From: Nemertoderma westbladi
Lineage: Eukaryota; Animalia; Xenacoelomorpha
NCBI GenBank assembly: GCA_032718475.1
Contig: JAUCBJ010009045.1
Coordinates: forward strand, 1-64,000
DNA length: 64,000 nucleotides
Direction: 5' to 3'
Part shown: positions 22,401-34,400 of the stretch, in pieces
How positions within the stretch are numbered: position 1 is the first letter of the stretch
Layout: every line of letters begins with the position of its first letter
Translations under genes and position numbers: made by a program
The notes under the pieces: model-generated
Seen by the model: only the letters and a program-made list of their open reading frames with translations
What the model was told of the DNA's origin: nothing
The model's database searches: none

Positions 22401-25400
22401 ACACATTACGGTGTACTAATGTGTAAAGTAATACATTACGGTGAATTAATATATAAAGTAACACATTACGGTGCACTAATGTGTAAAGTGACACATTACG
22501 GTGCATTAATGTGTAAAGTAACACATTACGGTGCTCTAATGTGTAAAGTAACACATTACGGTGCTCTAATGTGTAAAGTAACACATTACGGTGCACTAAT
22601 GTGTAAAGTAACACATTACGGTGCTCTAATGTGTAAAGTAACACATTACGGTGCACTAATGTGTAAAGTAACACATTACGGTGCTCTAATGTGTAAAGTA
22701 ACACTTTACGGTGCTCTAATGTGTAAAGTAACACATTACGGTGCATTAATGTGTAAAGTAACACATTATGGTGCTCTAATGTGTAAAGTAACACATTATG
22801 GTGCATTAATGTGTAAAGTAACACATTACGGTGCTCTAGTGTGTAAAGTAACACATTACGGTGCATTAATGTGTAAAAGAAGTTGATGGAAATTTTATTT
22901 GCAAACATCGAAAAGACCGTTGCCAAAGATTCTAACTTTGAAGTTTTATGTCTCCTGGTTACTATGGTCGAACAATTTTTAAAGGCGTTCTAGAATTAGT
23001 TATAAACGCCTTGCATCTGATACACAGATTAGCTTTCATTTCACAGCGAAAGTTATTATTATAATATGACAGCGATAGCTATGGAAATTTACTCCGTTGC
23101 TATTATATTGAGTTGTATGTATTATTAAGAGAATGTAAATTTTCTTCACGGTGATTTTTGAGGACATTTTTCTGAAGTGCTGTTTAGTTGTGAAAATGAC
23201 ATGCGATTGTCAAAACTGCTCACCACATGTAGTCTCTTCTACAAAGTGCAAAATAAAATTAAAAGCTACATAAAGTGAACCTGTGTAGGGCTACACAGTA
23301 CTCACTTGTTGCTACGCATTTAAGACTTTACAGAGCCTTATCGTGGCTTTACTCGGATCATGGCACTGCAAAGTACTATCGCTACGTACAACTGTACTCT
23401 ACAGTTACACACGTAGTAAATATGAGGCCTTAATAGTTATTAAGTAAATTAGAGTTGAGCTTTTAATGAAACTGTAATTAACTTAATGAAATTTGGTTCA
23501 ACCCCCAGTGAAAAAAGAGAAAACGAGGAAGCACGTCACTGGGGGTTGAACCAGCGCTATACGTACGTTTCGGCCTATCAGGTCCCATCTTTACCGCTAA
23601 CCAGTTCAGCCACTTGCCGCTGACACTTACTCTCCCATCTAATCCACCCCAATTTAACAGGCAGTCTTAAGTTGCATATCCTATCTCTAACAGCGGACCT
23701 ACCAGACTCAAGTATGTTAGAGTGGAACAGGAGGAAATTACAAATAAATAAATATTAATATATAGATATATAAATGCACCCCAGTGACGTCCTTCTCATT
23801 TTTTCCATTTCTGAACAAACCATAATATTTGATTATAAATAGTTAGGTATTACCAGGACTTACTACTATAATTATATACTATAATACTACTATAATAATT
23901 CTCTGTACTGTATTACTAACTGTATTACTAACTGTATTACTAACTGTATTACTAACTGTATTACTAACTGTATTACTAACTGTATTACTAACTGTATTAC
24001 TAACTGTATTACTAACTGTATTACTAACTGTATTACTAACTCTACTTATAAGTGATTTCTCAATAATTGTCTGTTAATTTATAAATTACTTCGGTTCTAA
24101 GCCCCTATATTCTTAACTGATAGTTATTATTTTGTGTACCGCTACTGTTTATTTTATAGATCGGATGTCGTCATGGTGAAAGATTCATATACATTCAATG
24201 ACGAAACCAAAGTCTTTCAGCGACCGCCCCTGGTTGCCCGTTTCTATGCAAAGGGTTTCCTTCTCAACGATTTCTTCATTATAGGAATTCACACTCAGCC
24301 GTCCAACGCGCCCAATGAGATCAACGAATTGGTTAAAGTTTACGACGAGGCCGTTCAAAAATTCGGTATAAAGGTGATCCAACAGGCGTGATAAGTTCAG
24401 CTGCCACAAAAATAATAATTTATCTAATAATAAGTTGGAATACTGTAGTTCATTTGTTCTGTCGGCTTTAAAGCACAAACTACTTGGTGATTTGCAAGTG
24501 CAGTGGAGGTGGGCACAGTGCGTTGTGTTCAGGTGAGAGCTGGAGGTACTGTGGGTTAGGGAGGGCGGTGGGTATCAGGTAGGGCCGTCGCAGCAATGTA
24601 TCACTTTGTTGTACAATGTTACTGTAAAAAGGATAATAATAACTATAATCAGCTGCCTACAGGATTTGTATATATTTTTTATTAGGAAGGCATTATAATG
24701 GGTGATTTTAATGGCGATTGTAGTTACGTTACTGCTGTGGAATCCTCTCAAATGAACTTGCGTAGCGATCAGCGATTTCATTGGCTAATTCATGACGACA
24801 TTGACACTACTACTGGACACAGTGATTGCGCTTACGATAGGATTGTAGTGGCAGGTAAAACTAGATTCTAAAGCCAAATGCTGTATATTGGTATTTATAT
24901 TCATATGAACATTCAATTTACTTTAAATTTTAAACCGCCACTAATTGAATGCCACCCCAATTTATATGATTTACATCCAAAAAAAAAATTTAGCACCAAA
25001 TATAATTTTTTGTAGCACCAATTTACATCCCCCAATTTTGAATATCTCTCTCACCAAAAACAATTATTCATCCCCCAAAAACAATTATCCATCCCCCAAA
25101 ATCATTTTTTCATCTCCCAAAAACAATTATTCAATCTCCCTAAAATAATTACTTGTCAACCAAAAACAATTCTTCCAGCACTGTCAAATATTTAATGGAA
25201 AATTTAATTATACAAATTCATTCATTGTTTATTTCCATAAATATAATAAATATAATTTATTCCGACGATCCTTGGGTGAGTACAAAGACCCAATTATAAA
25301 GACCTGAATAATCTTGTAACATGTTATCTTTCGTTTATTGTTTTGGTTCCCCCAACACGCCTTTGTAACCTTTTCCTTTACTAACCTGCTCCTTTAAATG

Positions 25401-28400
25401 GCAATGGGACCAAGCGCTCTTTGGGTCCTAACATTCTTTGGGTCCTAATGCGACTTTACCTCTTTGTTTTGTACAGAACGGGACTCAACTTTGGTCAGAA
25501 CGTTGGTCTTTGTTTTGTAGTCACCCGACGATCCCCGTAACAATAGTCTGCAACTAAGAGTCTGTTTATTTTCGTAGAATATTTGATTATTTTGGGGGAA
25601 TATGTATTTATTTTGGGGGTTTATATTTATTTTGTGGGATTATGCATTTATTGTGGGGGATTATGTATTTAATTTGGGGATTATGTATTTATTTTGGGGG
25701 AAAATGTATTCATTTTGGGAAAATTTGTATTTATTTTGGGAAAATTTTTATTTATTTTGGGGGTTTTGTCCTTTATTTTGGTGTGAATAATTGGTTTTGG
25801 GGACCATTTATTCATTTTGGTGTTGAATCATGACCTACTATAGATACGACACGTTGAGGATAGCGATATTTCTATGGCACGAGAGTTGTTTCGTGACCTT
25901 GGGATACAGGTGAATGGACGTGGAATCGTGAAGGGTACCCGCACTCTTGGGGGATTCGTTGGGGATGCTACTCTTCAGGCGGATTTCATCTCGTTGAAGG
26001 TAGCCAGATGGGAACAGGCAGTAGCTCGACTCTCAGGGGTTGCTGTCAACCATCCTCAGGCAGCGTATGCTGCATTCACCAGGAGCCTCCAATGTGAGAG
26101 GGACTATCTTCAGCGAGTCGTTCCGATTGATACTAGAGAAGCTCCAACACCATATGCAACGATCGAGAAAATGGTAGCAGACACTTTTGTTCCAGCTATC
26201 CTCGGGGGTCCGGTAACGCCTTCAGAGCGAGACTTATTCGCACAGCCAACTCGTTTTGGTGGACTGTCAGTTCGTAATCCGGGTGAGACAGCAGCACAGT
26301 CCTACAAAACCTCACGGGAGGGTACTGCATTGGCAGTTGCAGCAATCAAGGGAGAAATTGAATTCTCATTCACAGACCACCAGAGTTGTCAGAAGACAGC
26401 CCAACACAACCTCCGGCTATGGAAGCATGCAAAATCAGAAGAAGTACATGATAATTTGATTCACAGTTTTACGCCAGAAAGGATCAGAACAATCCAACGG
26501 GCTGCTTCGGAACGCACATCAGGCTGGCTTAAGGTTGCCCCAGTTGCACGCAACCACTTTGATTCGTCTGCCAACGAATTCAGAGATGGTTTGTCCCTCC
26601 GGTATGGACGTCCTCTAGTGGGTGCGCCCGCAAGGTGTGACGGATGCGGCGATGCGTTTTAATTAACACATGCACTCGACTGCAAAAAGGGGGGCTTGGT
26701 GACTCTACGCCATAACGAGGTTAGGGACACCCAGGGGGACCTGTTCGGTTTGGCATTCCCAGAGTCTTGCATCATGAGGGAGCCAGTGATCCGGGAGGCA
26801 AATGAGGAGAATGGTGTGGTGGGTCTGCGGGCTGATCTTTCAGTGAGAGGTTACTGGCAGCCACAGAGAAGGGCGTTATTTGATGTCCGGGTCGTTGACC
26901 CTGACGCCCCCTCGTATGTGGCTCGCTCCATATCATCCATACTAATTGACGCGGAGACTCAGAAAAAGTCAAAATATCATGACGCCTGCACCCTTCGCCA
27001 AGCAGATTTTACCCCGCTCGTGGTGTCGGTGGATGGTGTTCTCGGCCCAGAGTACTCCATGACACTGAAGAGACTGGCTGACAGGCTGTCAACGAAATGG
27101 ATGAAGCCCTACAGCTGTGTCATGGGTTGGGTGAAGGCACGTCTGTCATTTGGCGTCCTAAGGGCTACGTGCGCCTGCTTCAGATCGTCTCGCACCTAAT
27201 GGCGCAGCATTGGGGTTGACGATGGTGCCGGAATTCCTCTAGGAATCTAACTCAATCCGACCCCGGACTTAAACGTTTCCCTAATGAACTTACTTCTCGT
27301 ATATATTTAGATTTATGATTATTATGATGATTATTTTATAAGACTATTAAGTATATGTATGTATGTATTTATTTTTATATAATATGATTTAATAATAAGA
27401 ATATTGTCTTACTATAGATACGACCCGCTAAGCTGCTGCAAAGCCCCTAAATTTAGTGGGCCAGTTATTTCTCTTAGTTATAATCCCTGAAATAATAGGT
27501 CTAGCGCGTCAAAAGTACTTGTCCCTAACTAAAATTATGTCCTCTTTCAGGTGAGGCAAATAAAAATTTAATAGCTCCAGTAGTTTTCGAGATATGAGGA
27601 GTTCCTGGCACCCATACCATATCAGCACCTTTCGGAATAGAAAAAATACTGAAAATACATCACCCTTCAAAGACTTTGGTATAACCATTAATGCATTAAA
27701 CCATACTATGCTTTTTTGGTTTGTTGAATTCGTTATTAGTAATCGAAAGCAAGATTAGAAGCACAAAAGTTTTTATTTTTAATAGACACTAAAACAGCAC
27801 CAAAAGTACAAGTAGCTCAAAATTTTAGAATATCCAAACGTGGTAAATTGGCCACACAGTTTGGCTACTGAGGTTTTAGAATGTGCTGATCTCATTGGCA
27901 AGGTTTATAAGATTTTGCAATTGTCAAAAATGGTACGAAAATGACAAGTTTCATCCATTACAAGCAATTTCATTGCAAACTCATTTCCACAAATGGCGTT
28001 TATTATGTTCAAAGTAATGGAATTTTGTTGCTATTCACTATTTACACATTACTATTCACATTATTCACTTAGTTACAAATAGTTACAAATAGAAAGAGAC
28101 TGAATAATTCCTTTTTTTTTAAGTTGACGAGTTTTAAATTCTTTAATTGTATCCTTCCTAGAGCACTGGGAGTGTTCCTTTGCCACATTTTTTCCAAAGA
28201 CATTGCAGACCGTGGTAAAGACAACTTTAATAGTGTTCTGTATATGTTTATCACAACCGATGCCCATAAATGGGCTGTGTTCGCAAACATGATTCAAAAC
28301 CACTTGCGCAACCTTTCTGTACGGCAATTCTTGTTCTAGAATTACGGTCTCAGCTCGATCCAAAATTACAAAGGCATGTTTTACTAGTTCACGAAGACTT

Positions 28401-31400
28401 TCTGTAGGGAATATTAGCCCGCCCTGATCTAAAAGTTTAAAAAACGGTGTTATTTTAACAGAGTCTTTATGTAACGTGAGTTTGAACTTGCAGTCGTCAC
28501 ATTGATATTTCTTTAGTAACTTGTGTGCTATGTAGCCAGCTACACAAACAGTAGCCTCGGTTGTCGCCTCATCAACATCATAAACAAATTCGATACTATC
28601 TATATTCTCTAAGAGATCAGTGAAATCGAAATCCTGAGATCGCTCTACAATAACGTCATCTAAACGCATTAATGGTTATACCAAAGTCTTTGAAGGGTGA
28701 TGTATTTTCAGTATTTTTTCTATTCCGAAAGGTGCTGATATGGCATGGGTGTCAGGAACTCCTCATATCTCGAAAACTACTGGAGCTATTACATTTTTAT
28801 TTGCCTCACCTGAAAGAGGACATAATTTTAGTTAGGGACAAGTACTTTTGACGCGCTAGACCTATTATTTCAGGGATTATAACTAAGAGAAATAACTGGC
28901 CCACTAAATTTAGGCGCTTTGCAGCAGCTTAGCGGGTCGTATCTATAGTAGGTCATCGTTGAATAATTGTTTTTGGTGTTGAATATTTGTTTTTGGTGTT
29001 GAATAATTGTTTTTGGTGTTGAATAATTGTTTTTGGTGTTGAAAAATCTAGTTTGGTGCTAGAATAATATAATTTGGGGTGACTTTATTTTATTTGGTGT
29101 TGAATAATTTTTTTTGGGTCACATTATTTAAATTGGTGTAATATAATATTTTTGGTGAAATTTTCATTTATTTTGGTTTGACTTTAATTCGTAGCCATTT
29201 TAAACTGACAGTAGGCCCTACTTACTCCAGCCTATTTGTTTTCTATTTCCGCCATTTATCGGCACGAGTAAGGAGCATTCCATAAGAACCACCATAATCA
29301 ACTGTAACACTAAAGTAATACAATTTATTGTTTAACATTTAGTCCTTAAAATTGCCTTTCTTGAAATTTAATAGTTCTATTTTCGATTAAAATTGAATTT
29401 TCAAAGTAAGAATTTGCACTTGTTAAAATATTGATAAATATTGACTTTTGTTGAATTTCAGGTGATGTTCAATCAAAGATTGCGCCAGGAAGTGCCAAAC
29501 CATTTCATTTTGATGCGGCTTACAACTTGGATGAGGTTTTGGTAAGAAATAAAAACTCTGTATCCTATAGTGTACAGCAGGCTTACTGGTGTGGCGCATG
29601 CTACAGTAGAACAACCCACCTATAGAAGTTCCCTCGGGCATTCTACCGTGTTACTCCCCTCCAGGGCATTCTACAATGTCCGCCGGTGAGGTAAAGTAGA
29701 TCATGCAAAACTCTAGGCCTACCCTTCTATCACTCCCTCAAGGTTAATGCCGTCCAAAGTCAGTATTTTTCATGATTTTAACCCTTTACTACTGTACAGT
29801 ATCTTGCAAAATCGTGTAAGACGTGTTAACTTTGGTTTATTATTGTTTTTTTTCCCCATCTTGCCTCTCGCTCCATTACTACACTGCCTACAGTCTCACA
29901 GATACAAATGCAAAATGCAATTACTGTAGGCCTAGTGTTTCTGTGTTTGTGTCTGTGTGTGTACCATAAGAGAAAGGGGAGGGGGAGTTTAATATACAGT
30001 AGGCCTATGCGAGTTTGGGGTTAATTCTACAGAACCATTCCCTTCTGCAATACAGTATATTAAGAAAACGGCTCTAAATTATTTTTCATTATCATACTAA
30101 TAGATATAATTACATTACATTACATACAATGCTAGAATTAGGTGAATTTATTACGTAATGGTTGTATTTATTCGAGTAAATCAAAAAGCCCGACAGAGTT
30201 ACTAGAGTCCACTGTTCCCAGGATAGATGCGGCGTTACCCATTAAGATTGCTATTAACAGCCTCTGCAACAGGAATCCATGGGCTCTAAATTGAATTGAT
30301 CGAATAAAATAAATTCGAAAGTTTGTCTTCTTTGTAAAACTGTAATTTTAGAGCAATGTTTCTTCGACCTTCTGAATTTATTCTTATTACTATTTCGTTA
30401 ATTTTTACTATTACGTTTTTTACGTAATCTTAATTCACAAAGTCGGACAAGATTATACCTTTCTTTTTGTAAAAGGAATTAAAAGGAAAAAGAATGATTG
30501 TAAAAGAAAATAAATCCATATTTCAGCAATTAATTTTAGTAATTTTAGCAATTAATTTAGCACGGTAAACATTGCGTGTCACTGTCAATATTTTTTGTTA
30601 GACGAGACGTGTCAGCGATCACTTTCCTGTTGAAGTAGAACTTCTACCTGAACTAACTCCAGAAATAGAGAAAAGCAACAGAGTAAAGAAAAGCCACATT
30701 GTACAAGACGACACTCCGGTTCTGAAGAATTCAATCAGGTAAACCTGGATTCCTGGTCAACCGTACCATGCTCTGGTTTTGGTTTTTTATTCACATTCTC
30801 ATTTTAGGTTTAACTGAAACCCAAACCAAAAATTATTTCGTGCTAAAATTGGGGCCATACCCCAATTTTTTTATTTAGAAATTTACTGTTCTTAAATTTT
30901 AACTCAATGATTTGTGATCTTTTACAATGGAAACTGACTATGGATAGCTATGTAAACCCGCTTCATCGAAAAATAAAGCCCTTTTTGTGAAATAAATTGT
31001 ATATATTATTTTCATGCTTTTATATGTAAAATATATGATGTAGAAGGATCAGTAATACAGTACCACCAGGGTTGAAGTTCTCAGACCAAGAGTTTGGTAC
31101 AGTGGACTTATAGGGCCTAAATATGCAGGCTATCTTCTGTAAAAATTTCGTAATAAAATTATTGTTTTGAAAACTTTATGGGGGTTGATTATGTTAGGGC
31201 TATATTTTGGGATAGACAAAAGGTAGCAGTTACAAAATCGATTCTAGAACGCCGAAATTATCATGCTTTACAAAAGCAACACTCACGATTGTAGCCCGTA
31301 AGCTGCTGCAAATTTTAATATCTATTTGATGGAAATTGAGTACCGGTATAAAATATATTGAGTATAAATAAAAAAGTAATGTGTTACCACTACGGAATTC

Positions 31401-34400
31401 CGTGAGTAATAATGTCAAAATCGGCAAACTGAGAAAAAGGTTGTTTTATACAGTGAGTCATGAATATCAGACATAAATACTTTTTTTCTTGTTTTCACGA
31501 ATATTATGTGAATTATTGGACTCTGCCATTAACTGGGGTAATTTTTTAAATTTTTCATATTTTATCAATGAAAATATTGAAAATTGCCAAAATTTACGAA
31601 AAAAAATAAAATTTTTTTAAATAAAAATGTAAAAAAATTTTCACAAATTTAAAATTTTGAAAAGTTATTTTTGTGGTGAAAAACCAACCACTCAATAGTG
31701 AAAACCGATGTCACCACATGAAAGCACTTCTTTCAAACTACAAAACATAGATAAAAATTGTTTTTTTTGTAAATTTAACTTACATTTGGGGTAATGGTCC
31801 CCTTAAGTATGCCTACCTAAAGGCCCGATCTCAATTTTTGTCATTTTACAGGAGAAGCAAAAGTTTTTTTATTTTCAATGTAATACCAGCTGCACCAGTG
31901 TCTGCTCCATTGTCAGCACCAGCGTCTGCACCAGTGTCTGCACCAGGTATGTGTACTAGTGTCTGTACCAAAGGTGTCTGTACCAAAGGTGTCTGCACTA
32001 CGTGTCTTCACCAGGTGTCTGCACCAGTATGTCTGCACCAGGTGTCTGCACCAGGTGTCTGTACCAAAGGTGTCTGTACCAAAGGTGTCTGCACTACGTG
32101 TCTTCACCAGGTGTCTGCACCAGTATGTCTGCACCAGGTGTCTGCACCAGATGTCTGCACCAGGTGTCTGCTTAACGTTCACACCTACGCCACGGTAGCG
32201 TTAGTTATGAAATATATGTAGGTTTCTTCCATATAGGGTATATGCTCTTAAATTCATCATTCTATTGATCAATTTTATTAAGTGAAATGTGATATTCTTG
32301 GCCAAAGATGAAATAGTATTCGACTAGGCAAATCGCATACTGAAAGTATTTTACAGTACCCGAATCAGATATTGGTAGTGTCGCATAAACTTTTTGGTAT
32401 GGGTTTTATGCAAGTACCCTACTTAACCTTACTTCTTTAAATGGCCAGCTCTGATGGAAAGCTGGCCATTTAAAGAAGTAAGGTTAAGTAAGGTACTTGC
32501 ATACATACATGCTTTGTACCAACAAACCACGATAAGGTTAACCGCCTCGGACAACGGTACCAGTCTGCCAATACTACTGCTGTACTGCAGTACCGTACTG
32601 AATGGACCGCATATATTCCATCAGGCTATTGTATGTATGTTAGGCCTATCTGGCAGTCTGTTATCAGGTTATAGTAAACCGGTACGGTAGCGGTACTCCC
32701 TACTCCCTGTACTCTGGTACTCTACTGCTCTAGGCCATATATTTTATCGACTACCGGTACCGTATTATTAGCAGATTCTGAGATTGGTGTGTTGTACTGT
32801 AGTACTGGTCGTATTATTTGAACCTGGAAGCGGAAGGGACGTCTAAAATGGATATAACTAATGTTACTATTGATTCCGCCAGCGCCTTGATAATTACAAA
32901 ATCTATGTTCGCGAACATTTGTCTAGAAAACGATTCCTTTGTGCGGACGTTTCTCGAAGAATTCCTGGACTCGAACTCGAGTTTTCTGGACGATTACATC
33001 GTAAAGAAATGTGCGGCCGGTCGTATCACTGATTGGCTGCAGTGTTCGCTTTCCTCTGCGTCTAACTCCACTATAACGCCCTCGACTTTGCCCCACTACC
33101 CGACCCATTCGGGTGCCAGTGCCACTGACCCACCTACCGGGTACCGCGAGACCAGAATTCCGCAGATACCGATGATTACATCGACGTCGACACCACTTAG
33201 GTACCGACTGAATCCCGTAACCCGAATTAGTTACCTTCCGAAAACTCGATACACGAAGCGATGCCTACCCAATAACAGACATAAATCAATCTATACGCAA
33301 CCTCTGATGACGCCACACATCAGCCAGTCAGACCCCCAACAAGAACCCAGATCAACCTCCTTGGAGACAAGACTGGATAAAGTTGAATCTGACCAGACAG
33401 CGTCAAGTTTAAGTTCAACCGACTTATTAACTTATAACACCGACCTCTGTACTCCCACAGTATCCAATGCAGACTCAGTCAATTATTCTACTACTTTAAC
33501 AGAACCGGCAGATGTTAATATTAATACGGAAGGTGAAGTTGACGTTAAACCCTACATAGTTGCGACTGACACCTGTATGGAAGAATATATGAACAGAAAC
33601 AGTACCGGTATAGATGCATGTCTCCCTCCAGACACAGATCAATCTTTGGGCGACTTAAATATCTCTAACATGTACAACATCCGGTTTCTCTACGAATCAA
33701 CCGCATTGTCTGATAGCGGCGGCCACCTTCAGTTGTCTGCGGATCTCAAACTTACTCCAAACGATGACGTAATAACTGAAAGTGCAAATAATTATTTATA
33801 CCAAGCCGCATCTTCTGGTATTGATCCCAATGATATCGCGGAAAGGAGCCTCGATGCATCTGGTAAGGTGTTCGCAAAGAAGGGCGACTTAATTGATCAC
33901 CAACAGAATTATATTGGCAAGAGTGAATGCGACATCTATCACAAACGTTCCCCACCCCTAGGAAACCTAACCGCGCACCAAATAGCGCATATGGGAAAAC
34001 CGCCGTATGAGTGTGACGCATGTGGGAAGATATTTGAGAATATCAGCCACTTCCAGCGCCACAAACGCAGCCACAAAGGGGAGCGTCAACACCAATGCGG
34101 CATTTGCTACAAACGTTTCTTTCATCTCGCCAATCTGACAACCCACCAGCGAATCCACACCGGGGAAAGACCATACTCTTGCGAAACATGCGGGAGATTA
34201 TTTAGACAATTAAACGATCTAAACGCCCACAATCGAACGCACAGTGGCGAGAGACCGTATATCTGCCACTTGTGTGAGAAAAGTTTCACTACTTCCGGAA
34301 ACCTTTGTAGACATCGTCGCATCCACTTTGGAAAATAAATTAGTAAACTTCTTAACTGAACAGCTGAAACAGTTATCCATTATTGATTTAATTATGATTA

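Larger units (their letters stand above)
25829..28957 (-). mobile_element. Internally deleted P-superfamily DNA transposon with 292-bp TIRs and a 7-bp TSD
   Basis: Left TIR 25829-25850 plus 27425-27694 (starts CATGACCTAC) and right TIR 28666-28957. TSD GTTGAAT at 25822-28 and 28958-64. Confidence 0.85.

Noticed and set aside
20035-22926. (MCKVTHYGAL)n ORFs
   Set aside because: A 30-bp satellite inside DNase I intron 2, broken by frameshifting units.
26660-27199. Programmed read-through in the retrotransposon ORF
   Set aside because: The stops are TAA in a 5'-truncated copy; ordinary decay is sufficient.
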